Assembly (NCBI GenBank): GCA_964016885.1
Contig: OZ024743.1
Location: 83,948,001 to 84,012,000, forward strand
Origin: Eledone cirrhosa
Lineage: Eukaryota
Reading direction: 5' to 3'
Length of the DNA stretch: 64,000 nucleotides
The notes beneath the pieces were generated by a model. The model searched no databases. It was not told where the DNA came from and worked only from the letters and a program-made list of their open reading frames with translations. The position numbers were made by a program, and so were the translations under genes. Positions 24,153 to 36,200 of the stretch are shown here, in pieces (position 1 is the stretch's first letter; every line of letters begins with the position of its first letter).

Positions 24153-27100
24153 CTCTTAGTACAAATGCTACGTAAAGCACCCGGCTTGAGCCCCAAAAAA
24201 TTCGGACCCAAAATATATTGTTATAAGGCTCAAATATTCAAATATTCAACTTTGTATTGTACACTGTATATCCAAAAAAAAAAATGGCTATAAATGGAAG
24301 AAGAAGAAGAACCCCCCCCCCCCTCCTCTCCTCTGGCTACACTATATAGGACAGCTAAACTCACCAACACCAGAAACTAGATACACCACCCACCCCATCA
24401 TCTGTGTACACTAAACACAACAGCATTTTCACCTTCACCGCCACCGCTCACTACGGCCATCATTACCACCACTATCCCATCACCGCCGCCACCACCCCTT
24501 GACTCCTTCACTGCTGCTGCCACCGCTACAGCACCATCACTACAGTAATACGGTCGCATCACCGCCACCACTGCCTCGGTATCGACATCACCACCACCAC
24601 TGTCTCAGTATCGCCAACGCCGCCCTCTCCCACTTCTCCCTGCTGGCTGCTACTACTACTTCCACATTATAGAATCCCTACTACTAACAAAGAGGAAGGC
24701 ATCAAAATATATAGATAGACTCAAAAGAAAAAAGAAAAAACAAACAACAAAACCAAAGCAGCGCAGCAACAACAGCAAAAAACGAGAAAAACAAACAGAG
24801 AAAAACAAAAACAAAAAAAGAAACCCCAAAAACGTAAAGAAAATAAGAATGAAGAGGGAAGCAGGCGGACGGACAGAGAAGAGGGGGGAAAAAGTAAAAC
24901 TTAAAAAACAAAAACTAAGTCAGACATTCGAATACTACATTACAATGAAACTTATGCTTATCCATTTTTGGGGCCCTTTCTGCCCGTGTGTTTGTTTGTT
25001 TATGTGTGTTCGTATACAGCGTGGTGATAATGCCACACAAGGGCCAAGTGGGATGGCGGATCCACAGGTGGCTATGTAAACATACATTCGCCAATCCTCG
25101 ATAAGAGTGTTTAAATATCGAACATAAACAGTTCGAATAACGGTGAAATGGAGACTAGAACGTCATGTGACAGACTCTCACCCAACAGGTGCCCCCTGGC
25201 TCAGCAGCAGGAACCTGACTGTCAACCAAATACTGCTGATGTTGGAGGAAGAAGAAGAAGGAAAGGGGCCAGAACCAACTGGACGAAAGAATTGAATAGA
25301 ACTGTTATGCAATGCTACCTGAAAAGTAACCCCAAGGAGAGGGGCTACAGGAGACGGATGCATAACATCTGGAACGAGATTGGTTTATTTAAATTAGATG
25401 AACAAAAATTGGCCGGGCAGGCTCGGGTAATAAGAACTAATGGGTGGATAAGCGAGCTGGAACTGGAGGAACTGAGCAGAGAGAATGGCTTGGAGATGGC
25501 GGGTGTAGTATGCCAGACAAGCGAGCCGGTGGGAAATGAAGGTGAGGAGGTCCTGAGAACGGAGGAACCACCCGAAGCAGACAATGATCTGAATACTGAG
25601 ATAAATAATACCTGGAACAGAGATACGGCCACTGAGGAGATGAATGCTGACGGGCTAGGACAAGATTCGGTTGACATCCTAAATCTAGTGGTAGATGAAT
25701 TGAACAATGATAGTGGGAGACCTATGAACCTAAGATTTGTAGACAGGAAAAAGTTAAAAGAAACAACAGCTAAGGTAAACAAAGTCATCCCATACCTTGA
25801 GGCGAGGAGTCTTCACCAGTGCAACAATATCCTCAAAGCAACAGCAAATACGGTGAGGAAACTACTTGGTATAAAAGCGAGAGGAAACAACAGACAAGAA
25901 AGAGCAGAGCCGTGGTGGAAGAAGCGACTGAGTGGGCAAATCGGGGAAATGAGAAATGACATAGGAAAGCTTGAGTCACTACTGAATGGGACACTAAAAA
26001 ACATAGGCACTAAAAATAGACTGGAAATAAAATACAAAACTAGGAGTAAAAAGCTAAATATTATCATAGAGGAATTGAAGCAACGCATTGTAGCAAAGAG
26101 TGCCAAAATCAGGCGATACGAGAACAGAGTCAGTCAGTATAAACAGAACCGCATGTTCGACAACAACCAGAAGATGCTGTTTGGACAGCTTGAGGGGAAA
26201 GAAAGAGGCAACGACTTGATCCCTGGGGCGGAACAAGCTAAAACCTTCTGGAGAGGAATATGGGAGCAGGATGTTAGACACAATGCCCAGGCAGGGTGGA
26301 TTGAGACAGTACAGAGGGAGATCGGTGAGAAGGCACAACAACAGACTGATTTGAGTATCACAGTTGAAACTCTTAAGGGGCAAGCCAAAAAACTAACCAA
26401 TTGGAAATCACCAGGCCCAGATGGTGTGCAGGGGTATTGGATTAAACATTTAACATCCCTCCACCCGAAGCTGACGGCCATGTTCAATGACTGCTTGGTG
26501 TCGGGTGAGGTGCCAGAGTGGTTGACAAAAGGTACCACAGTTCTGATAATGAAAGACCGAATCAAGGGTAATGATGTTACCAACTATAGACCTATCACAT
26601 GTCTGCCCGTAATGTGGAAACTGTTGACGAGCATTGTGTCTGAGGAAATCTACCATCACCTCCACACAAACAACTTGTTACCGGACGAACAGAAAGGATG
26701 CCGAAAGAAGTCACGTGGTACAAAGGACCAGTTGCTTATTGATAAGATGGTAATGGGGAATTGCAGGAGGAGACACACTGATCTTGCCATGGGATGGATA
26801 GACTACAGAAAGGCATTTGACATGGTGCCTCATTCCTGGATCACCAAAAGCCTGGAGGTCTTCAGGGTGGCAGATAACATCAGACAGTTGCTGGGCAGGA
26901 GTATGGGGTCCTGGGAGACAGAGTTGACATCAACTGGAGTATCCTTGGGAAGCGTGAAGATCAAGAGAGGTATCTTCCAGGGAGATAGCCTGTCCCCTCT
27001 GTTGTTTGTCCTTGCCCTGATGCCCTTGACCATTATGCTGCGAAAAGTGAGAGCAGGATACAAGTTGGGAAGGGGAGAGCTTACCATCAATCACCTCCTC

Positions 27101-28614
27101 TTCATGGACGATCTTAAGCTCTTCGGGAAAAGTGAGAAGGAGTTGGATGTGCTTGTTGACACTGTCCGTATTTTCAGCAGTGATATATGTATGCAGTTTG
27201 GTATTGGTAAATGTGGAGTCATTGTGATGAAGAGGGGTAGGTTGAGCAGAAGTAACGGGATCCAGATACCAACAGGTGAGATGATAAAGGAAATTGACTC
27301 TGAGGAAGGATACAAGTATTTGGGCGTTCTGGAGGCTGATGGCATAAAGAACAAAAGAATGAAGGAATTGTTAAGAACTGAATACATTCGGAGAGTAAGG
27401 AGCGTATTGAAGTCACATCTGAACAGCAGAAATGCCATAAGCGCAGTAAATTCCCGAGCTGTGTCTATTATTAGGTACAGTGCGGGAATTCTGAGATGGA
27501 ATGTTGCTGAACAAAAAGAAATGGATAGGAAGACTAGGAAGCTATTGACTATCTACAACATGTTCCACAAGAGGAGTGATGTCGATAGACTCTACCTAAG
27601 GAGATCTGAGGGTGGAAGAGGTCTTATCAGCATAGAGGACTGTGTTCAGATGGAGAAAAACAACCTATACAAATACGTGACCTATAGTAAGGAGCCAATG
27701 CTCAGAACTGTACTGAAGGAGGGGACAGTAGGCCAGGGGATGTCCAAGGAGGAAATAACATCAAGGAGGAAGAGCAGCCTTAAGGGAAAATCCCTTCATA
27801 GTACCTTCTTTGAGAAAACTGAATTTAGAGATCCACAGACATGGAACTGGTTGAGAAGAGGAGACCTCAAAAAGGCTACAGAAGGAATGCTAATGGCTGC
27901 GCAGGAGCAGGCCCTCAAAACGAAGTGGTTGAAGCACCATATCTACAAGGAGGAGGCTAGCCCACTGTGCAGGATCTGTGGAGAGAGAGAGGAGACTGTG
28001 GCTCACATTGTGTCCGAGTGTAAACACCTAGCCCAGACCCACTATAAGGGCTGGAGACACGATGTGATGGGCAGGGTGATCCACTGGCACCTGTGCAAAG
28101 TAAACAATCTACCACATTCTGAGAAATGGTATGAGCATAGGCCAGAGGCGGTGATGGAGAACAGTCAGGTGAAGGTGCTGTGGGATTTTAGGATACAGAC
28201 GGACAAAAAACTGGAACACAATAGACCTGACCTGGTGGTTGTGGACAAAGAAAAAAGATCGTGCCTGATTGTGGATGTGGCCTGCCCGTTCGACACGAGA
28301 GTGCAAGAGAAGGAGAGGGAGAAAATTAACCGATACCAGGACCTAAAGTGGGAGGTGAAAAGGATTTGGAACTGCCATGAAGTCAAAGTGATCCCGATTG
28401 TCATAGGCGCACTGGGGACTATCTCCAAAGGTTTCCAGGGATGGTTAAAGAAAATCGGCCCCTTCACGCTTTTTGGAACGCTTCAAAAGGCATGCTTGCT
28501 TGGAACAGCAAGAACCCTCCGATACGTCCTGAATATCTGAGGCTGCAGGTAGTGGCTTGATATTCAATCCAACGGACTTTCCAGTTAACCAACATCAATG
28601 ACTGAGATTCAAGG
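24153..28614 (+). mobile_element. R4/Dong-like family A, copy 1: apparently complete RLE-type non-LTR retrotransposon
   Basis: ~1-kb leader, single intact ORF, short 3'UTR; (AAT)n on both sides (24081-24150, 28615-28668). Confidence 0.93.
25148..28540 (+). CDS. R4/Dong-like retrotransposon protein, 1130 aa: N-terminal Myb-like domain, reverse transcriptase, CCHC knuckle, restriction-like endonuclease
   Basis: RTNWTKELN...W...LAGQARVI (Myb-like); [42 protein letters not shown]; CRICGEREETVAHIVSEC; RHD; RPDLVV...DVACP...KEREK; no internal stops. Confidence 0.95.
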   Translation: METRTSCDRLSPNRCPLAQQQEPDCQPNTADVGGRRRRKGARTNWTKELNRTVMQCYLKSNPKERGYRRRMHNIWNEIGLFKLDEQKLAGQARVIRTNGWISELELEELSRENGLEMAGVVCQTSEPVGNEGEEVLRTEEPPEADNDLNTEINNTWNRDTATEEMNADGLGQDSVDILNLVVDELNNDSGRPMNLRFVDRKKLKETTAKVNKVIPYLEARSLHQCNNILKATANTVRKLLGIKARGNNRQERAEPWWKKRLSGQIGEMRNDIGKLESLLNGTLKNIGTKNRLEIKYKTRSKKLNIIIEELKQRIVAKSAKIRRYENRVSQYKQNRMFDNNQKMLFGQLEGKERGNDLIPGAEQAKTFWRGIWEQDVRHNAQAGWIETVQREIGEKAQQQTDLSITVETLKGQAKKLTNWKSPGPDGVQGYWIKHLTSLHPKLTAMFNDCLVSGEVPEWLTKGTTVLIMKDRIKGNDVTNYRPITCLPVMWKLLTSIVSEEIYHHLHTNNLLPDEQKGCRKKSRGTKDQLLIDKMVMGNCRRRHTDLAMGWIDYRKAFDMVPHSWITKSLEVFRVADNIRQLLGRSMGSWETELTSTGVSLGSVKIKRGIFQGDSLSPLLFVLALMPLTIMLRKVRAGYKLGRGELTINHLLFMDDLKLFGKSEKELDVLVDTVRIFSSDICMQFGIGKCGVIVMKRGRLSRSNGIQIPTGEMIKEIDSEEGYKYLGVLEADGIKNKRMKELLRTEYIRRVRSVLKSHLNSRNAISAVNSRAVSIIRYSAGILRWNVAEQKEMDRKTRKLLTIYNMFHKRSDVDRLYLRRSEGGRGLISIEDCVQMEKNNLYKYVTYSKEPMLRTVLKEGTVGQGMSKEEITSRRKSSLKGKSLHSTFFEKTEFRDPQTWNWLRRGDLKKATEGMLMAAQEQALKTKWLKHHIYKEEASPLCRICGEREETVAHIVSECKHLAQTHYKGWRHDVMGRVIHWHLCKVNNLPHSEKWYEHRPEAVMENSQVKVLWDFRIQTDKKLEHNRPDLVVVDKEKRSCLIVDVACPFDTRVQEKEREKINRYQDLKWEVKRIWNCHEVKVIPIVIGALGTISKGFQGWLKKIGPFTLFGTLQKACLLGTARTLRYVLNI

Positions 28615-28626
28615 AATAACAATAAC

Positions 28627-28667
<41 letters not shown>

Positions 28668-28668
<1 letters not shown>

Positions 28669-31600
28669 CCAACTTCAACACCATCACTACAGTAATACGA
28701 CCACATCACCACCACCACTGCCTCATTATCGCTACCGCCGCTATTCTCTCCCACTACCTCCTGTTAGTTCCTGCTAGCACAGCACCGCCACCACCACCAC
28801 CACCACCACCACCACCACTGCCTCATTATCACTACTGCCGCTATTCTCTCCCGCTGCCCCCTGCTACATTGTAGAATTCCCACTAAAAGAGGAAGGCATC
28901 AAAATATATAAATAGACTGAATTGATGACCCGGTCAAAATAAAAAAAAACAAAAGTAAAAATCATGTTTTAGTTTTAACAAAATGTTTAATTCCAATATT
29001 ATGGGTAAATGTCAACACATATACACGACTAACGATAATTTCACTAAAGATAATTTCACCACCAACACCACCACCACTACCACGATGAAAACTCTGGTCA
29101 AGTCGACTCAAATTTCTACTCCAACTTCAACACCATCACTACAGTAATACGACCACATCACTACCACCACTGCCTCATTATCGCTACCGCCGCTATTCTC
29201 TCCCACTAGTTGCTGCTAGCACAGCACCGCCACCACCACCACCACCACTGCCTCATTATCACTACCGCCGCTATTCTCTCCCGCTAGCCCCTGCTACATT
29301 GTAGAATTCTCACTAAAAGAGGAAAGCATCAAAATATATAAATAGACTGTATTGATGACCCGGTCAAATCAAAAAAACAAAAATCAAAATCAAAGCAGCA
29401 CAGCAACAACGAAAAACGTAAAGAAAATAAGAATGAAGAGAAAAACAAACAGACGGACAGAGAAGGGAAGGGAAAAACTAAGTCAGACATTCAAACACTA
29501 CATTACAATGAAACTTATGCTTATTCATTTTGGGGGTTTTTTCTGCCTGTTTGTTTGTTTATTTGTGTTCGTCTACAGCGTGATAATGCCACACAAAAGT
29601 CACGTGGAGTGACGAAACCACCGGAGACGATGAATTCACCGGTGGTTATGTAACCATACATTCGCCAATCCTCGATAAGAGTGTTTAAATGTCGAACCTA
29701 AACAGTTCGAATAATGGTGAAATGGAGACTAGAATGTCATGTGACAGACTCTCACCCAACAGGTGCTCCCTGGCTCAGCAGCAGGGACCTGGCTGTCAAC
29801 CAAATACTGCTGGTGTCGGAGGAAGAAGAAAAAGGAAAGGGACCAGAACCAACTGGACGAAAGAATTGAATAGAACTGTTATGCAATGTTACCTGAAGAG
29901 TAACACCAAGGAGAAAGGCTATAGGAAACGGATGCATAACATCTGGAACGAGATTGGTCTATTTAAATTAGATGAACAAAAATTGGCCGGGCAGGCTCGG
30001 GTAATAAGAACTAATGGGTGGATAAGCGAGCTGGAACTGGAGGAACTGAGTAGAGAGATTAGCTTGGAGATGGAGAGTGGAGTATGCCAGGCAAACGAGC
30101 CAATGGGAAATGAAGGTGAAGAGGTCGAGAGAACGGAGGAACCATCCAAAGCAGACAATGATCTGAATGCTGAGATAAATAGTAGCTGGAACAGAGATAC
30201 GGTCATTGAGGAGATGAATGCTGACGGGCTAGGACAAGATTTGGTTGATATCCTAAACTTAGTGGTAGATGAATTGAACAATGATAGTGGGAGACCTATG
30301 AACCTAAGATTTGTAGACAGGAAAAAGTTAAAAGAAACAACAGCTAAGGTAAACAAAGCCATCCCATACCTTGAGGCGAGGAGCCTTCACCAGTGCAACA
30401 ATATCCTCAAAGCAACAGCAAATACGGTGAGGAAACTACTTGGTATAAAAGCGAGAGGAAACAACAGACAAGAAAGATCAGAACCTTGGTGGAAGAAACG
30501 ACTGAATGGTCAAATCAAGGAAATGAGAAATGACATTGGAAAGCTTGAGTTCCTACTGAATGGGACACTAAAAAACATAGACACTAAAAATAGACTGGAA
30601 ATAAAGTACAAAACTAGGAGGAAAAAGCTAAATATTATCATAGAGGAACTGAAGCAACGCATTGTAGCAAAGAGTGCAAAAATCAGGCGATACGAGAACA
30701 GAGTCAGTCAGTATAGACAGAACCGCATGTTCGACAACAACCAGAAGATGTTGTTTGGACAGCTTGAAGGGAAAGAAAGAGGAGACGACTTGATCCCTGA
30801 GGCGGAACAAACTAAAACATTCTGGAGAGGGTTATGGGAGCAGGATGTTAAACATAATGACCAGGCAGTGTGGATTGAGACAGTACAGAAGGAGATCAGT
30901 GAACAGGCACACCAATAAACTGATTTGAGTATCACAGTTGAAACTCTTAAGGGGCAGGCCAAAAAACTAACCAACTGGAAATCACCAGGCCCAGATAGTG
31001 TGCAGGGGTATTGGATTAAAAATAAAGCATCCCTCCACCCGAAACTGACAACCATGTTCAATGACTGCTTGATGTCAGGTGAGGTACCAGAGTGGATGAC
31101 AAAAGGTACCACAGTTCTGATAATGAAAGACCGAATCAAGGGTAATGATGTTACCAACTATAGACCTATCACATGTCTGTCCGTAATGTGGAAACTGTTG
31201 ACAAGCATTGTCTGAGGAAATCTACCATCACCTCCACACAAACAACTTGTTATCGGACGAACAGAAAGGATGCCGAAAGAAGTCCCGTGGTACAAAGGAC
31301 CAGTTACTTATTGATAAGATGGTAATGAGGAATTGCAAGAGGAGACACACTGGTCTTGCCATGGGATGGATAGACTACAAAAAGGCATTTGACATGGTGC
31401 CCCATTCTTGGATCACCAAAGGCCTGGAGATCTTCAAGGTGGCAGATAACATCAGACAGTTGTTGGGCAAAAGTATGAAGTCCTGGGAAACAGAGTTAAC
31501 ATCAACTGGAGAATCCTTGGGAGGCGTGAAGATCAAGAGAGGTATCTTCCAGGGAGATAGTCTGTCCCCTCTGTTGTTTGTCCTTGTCCTGATGCCCTGA

Positions 31601-33185
31601 CCAGTGTACTGCGAAAAGTGAGAGCAGGATACAGGTTGGGAAAGGGAGGGCTTACCATCAATCACCTCCTCTTCATGGACGATCTTAAGCTCTTCGGGAA
31701 GAGTGAGAAGGAGTTGGATGTGCTTGTTGACACTGTCCGTATTTTCAGCAATGATATATGTATGCAATTTGGTATTAGTAAGTGTGGAGTCATTGTGATG
31801 AGGAGGGGTAAGTTGGGCAGAATTAACGGAATCCAGATACCAACAGGTGAGATGATAAAGAAAATTGACTCTGAGGAAGGATACAAGTATTTGGGTGTTC
31901 TGGAGGCTGATGACATCAAGAACAAAAAAATGAAGGAATTGATAAGATCTGAATACCTTCGGAGAGTAAGGAGCGTATTAAAGTCACATCTGAACAGTAG
32001 GAATGCCATAAGTGCAGTAAATTTCCGAGCTGTGTCTATTATTAGGTACAGTGCGGGAATTCTGAGATGGAATATTGCTGAACAAAAAGAAATGGATAGG
32101 AAGACTAGGAAGCTATTGACTATCTACAACATGTTCCACAAGAGGAGTGATGTCGATAGACTCTACTTAAGGAGATCTGAGGGTGGAAGAGGTCTTATCA
32201 GCATAGAGGACTGTGTTCAGATGGAGAAAAACAACCTACACAAATACGTGACTGATAGTAAGGAGCCAATGCTCAGAATTGTACAGAAGGAGGGGACAAT
32301 AGGCCAGGGTATTCCAAGGAGGAAATAACATCAAGGAGAAAGAGCAGCCTTCAGGAAAAATCCCTTCATAGTACCTTCTTTGAGAGAACTGAATTTAGAG
32401 ATCCACAGACATGGAACTGGTTGAAAAGAGGAGACCTTAAAAAGGCTACAGAAGGAATGTTAATGGCTGCGCAAGAGCAGGCCCTCAAAACGAAGTGGCT
32501 GAAACACCACATTTACAAGGAGGAGGCTAGCCCACTGTGCAGGATCTGTGGAGAGAGAGAGGAGACTGTGGCTCACATTGTATCCGAGTGTAAACACCTA
32601 GCCCACACTCACTATAAGGGCTGGAGACATGATGTGATGGGCAGGGTGATCCACTGGCACCTATGCAAAGTAAACAATTTACCACATTCTGAGAAGTGGT
32701 ATGAGTATAAGCCACAGGCGGTGATAGAAAACGATCAGGTGAAGGTGCTGTGGGATTTGGGGATACAAACTGACAAGAAACTGGAACACAATAGACCTGA
32801 CCTGGTGGTTTGGGACAAAGAAAAAATATCGTGCCTGATTTTGGATGTGGCCTGCCCATTCGACACGAGAGTGCAAGAGAAGGAGAGGGAGAAAATTAAC
32901 CGATACCAGGACTTAAAGTGGGAGGTAAAAAGGATTTGGAACTGCCATGAAGTCAAAGTGATCCCGATTGTCATAGGCGCACTAGGGACTATCTCAAAAA
33001 GTTTCCAGGGATGGTTAAAGAAAATTGGCCCCTTCACGCTTTTTGGAACGCTTCAAAAGGCATGTTTGCTGGGAACAGCAAGAACCCTCCGATACGTCCT
33101 GAATATCTGAGGCTGCAGGTAGTGGCTAGATATTCATTCCAACGGATTTCCAGTTAACTAACATCAATGACTGAGACTCAAAGAG
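28668..33185 (+). mobile_element. R4/Dong-like family A, copy 2 (disrupted ORF, duplicated leader module)
   Basis: ORF fragments 29689..30918, 30925..31215, 31208..31600, 31618..32328 and 32421..33110 are colinear with copy 1; (AAT)n at both ends. Confidence 0.95.
29689..33110 (+). pseudogene. Disrupted R4/Dong RT-RLE ORF (copy 2)
   Basis: Premature stop at 30918 and frameshifts near 31210, 31600 and 32320. Confidence 0.93.
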
Positions 33186-33213
33186 TAATAACAATAATAA
33201 TAATAATAATAAT

Positions 33214-33275
33214 TGTTTCTGCATTAGGCACAAGGCCAGCAATTACACAGTGCATTACTGGTACTAATAATTATT
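33214..33275 (-). mobile_element. Possible short SINE 3'-end fragment at an (AAT)n tract
   Basis: TTTCTGCATTAGGCACAAGGCCAGCAATT...ACTGGTACT is unrelated to the leaders of copies 1 and 2 and resembles my recollection of a common cephalopod SINE end; unverified. Confidence 0.3.
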
Positions 33276-33289
33276 CTATCACAGTTGTT

Positions 33290-36200
33290 GGAAAAAACAA
33301 AAACTAAGTCGGACATTCAAACATTACATTACAACGAAACTTATGCTTATTCTTTTTTGTTTTTTTTTTACCTAATTGTTTGTTTTTACCTATTTGTTTG
33401 TTTGTTTATTTATGTTCGTCTACAGCGTGATAGTGCCACACTAAAATCATCGGTGGTTATGTAACCATACATTCACCAATCCTCGATAAGAGTGTTTAAA
33501 TGTCGAACCTAAACAGTTCGAATAACGGTGAAGTGGAGACTAGAATGTCATGTGACAGACTCTCACCCAACAGGTGCTCCCTGGCTCAGCAGCAGGGACC
33601 TGGCTGTCAACCAAATACTGCTGGTGTCGGAGGAAGAAGAAAAAGGAAAGGGACCAGAACCAACTGTACGAAAGAATTGAATAGAACTGTTATGCAATGT
33701 TACCTGAAGAGTAACCCCAAGGAGAAAGGCTATAGGAAACGGATGCATAACATCTGGAACGAGATTGGTCTATTTAAATTAGATGAACAAAAATTGGCCG
33801 GGCAGGCTCGGGTAATAAGAACTAATGGGTGGATAAGCGAGCTGGAACTGGAGGAACTGAGCAGAGAGATTAGGTTGGAAATGGAGAGTGGAGTATGCCA
33901 GGCAAACGAGCCAGTGGGAAATGAAGGTGAAGAGGTTGCGAGAAAGGAGGAACCATCCGAAGCAGACAATGATCTGAATGCTGAAATAAATAATACCTGG
34001 AACAAAGATACGGCCATTGAGGAGATGAATGCTGACGGGCTAGGACAAGATTTGGTTGATATCCTAAACTTAGTGGTAGATGAATTGAACAATGATAGTG
34101 GGAAACCTATGAACCTAAGATTTGTAGACGGGAAAAAAGTTAAAAGAAACAACAGCTAAGGTAAACAAAGCCATCCCATACCTTGAGGCGAGGAGCCTTC
34201 ACCAGTGCAACAATATCCTCAAAGCAACAGCAAATGCGGTGAGGAAATTACTTGGCATAAAAGCGAGAAGAAACAACAAACAAGAAAGATCAGAACCTTG
34301 GTGGAAGAAACGACTGAATCAGGGAAATGAGAAATGACATTGGAAAGCTTGAGTTCCTACTGAATGGGACACTAAAAAACATAGACACTAAAAATAGACT
34401 GGAAATAAAGTACAAAACTAGGAGGAAAAAGCAACGCATTGTAGCAAAGAGTGCAAAAATTAGGCGATACGAGAGCAGAGTCAGTCAGTATAGACAGAAC
34501 CGCTGGTTTGACAACAACCAGAAGATGCTGTTTGGACAGCTTGAAGGGAAAGAAAGAGGCAACGACTTGATCCCTGAGGTGGGACAAACTAAGACATTCT
34601 GGAGAGGAATATGGGAGCAGGATGTTAAACATAATGACCAGGCAGTGTGGATTGAGACAGTACAAAAGGAGATTAGTGAACAGACACACCAACAAACTGA
34701 TTTGAGTATCACAGTTGAAACTCTTAAGGGGCAGGCCAAAAAACTAACCAACTGGAAATCACCAGGCCCAGATGGTGTGCAGGGGTATTGGATTAAAAAT
34801 ATAACATCCCTCCACCCGAAACTGACAACCATGTTCAATGACTGCTTGATGTCAGGTGAGGTACCAGAGTGGTTGACAAAAGGTACCACAGTTCTGGTAA
34901 TGAAAGACCGAATCAAGGGTAATGATGTTACCAACTATAGACCTATCACATGTCTGTCCGTAATGTGGAAACTGTTGACAAGCATTATGTCTGAGGAAAT
35001 CTACCATCACCTCCACACAAACAACTTGTTACCGGACGAACAGAAAGGATGCCGAAAGAAGTCCCGTGGTACAAAGGACCAGTTACTTATTGATAAGATG
35101 GTAATGAGGAATTGCAAGAGGAGACACACTGGTCTTGCCATGGGATGGATAGACTACAAAAAGGCATTTGATATGGTGCCTCATTCTTGGATCACCAAAA
35201 TCCTAGAGATCTTCAAGGTGGCAGATAACATCAGACAGTTGTTGGGCAAAAGTATGAAGTCCTGGAAAACAGAGTTAACATCAGCTGGAGAATCCTTGGG
35301 AGGCGTGAAGATCAAGAGAGGTATCTTCCAGGGAGATAGTCTGTCCCCTCTGTTGTTTGTCCTTGCCATGATGCCCCTGGCCATTATACTGCGAAAAGTG
35401 AGAGCAGGATACGAGTTGTGAAAGGGAGAGCTTACCATCAATCACCTCCTCTTCATGGACGATCTTAAGCTCTTCGGGAAGAGTGAGAAGGAGTTGGATG
35501 TGCTTGTTGACACTGTCCGTATTTTCAGCAATGATATATGTATGCAATTTGGTATTAGTAAGTGTGGAGTCCTAGTGATGAAGAGGGGTAAATTGAGCAG
35601 AAGCAACGGAATCCAGGTACCAACAGGTGAGATGATAAAGGAAATTGACACTGAAGAAGGATACAAGTATTTGGGTGTTCTGGAGGCTGATGACATCAAG
35701 AACAAAAGAATGAAGGAATTGATAAGATCTGAAAACATTCGGAGAATAAGGAGCGTATTAAAGTCACATCTGAACAGTAGGAATGCCATAAGTGCAGTAA
35801 ATTCCCGAGCTGTGTCTATTATTAGGTATAGTGCGGGAATTCTGAGATGGAATATTGCTGAACAAAAAGAAATGGATAGGAAGACTAGGAAACTATTGAC
35901 TATCTACAACATGTTCCAAAAGAGGAGTGATGTCGATAGATTCTACTTAAAAAGATCTGAAGGTGGAAGAGGTCTTATCAGCATAGAGGACTGTGTTCAG
36001 ATGGAGAAAAACAACCTATACAAATACGTGACTGATAGTAAGGAGCCAATGCTCAGAATTGTACTGAAGGTCATGTCCAAGGAGGAAATAACAAGGAGAA
36101 AGAGCAGCCTTCATGAAAAATCCCTTCATAGTACCTTCTTTGAGAAAACTGAATTCAGAGATCCACAGACATGGAACTGGTTGAAAAGAGGAGACCTTAA

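Noticed and set aside
25040-25150. HDV-like ribozyme at the Dong 5' end (TCCTCG motif plus hairpin)
   Set aside because: I could not build P1, P1.1 or a catalytic C in J4/2; retained only as a generic structured element.
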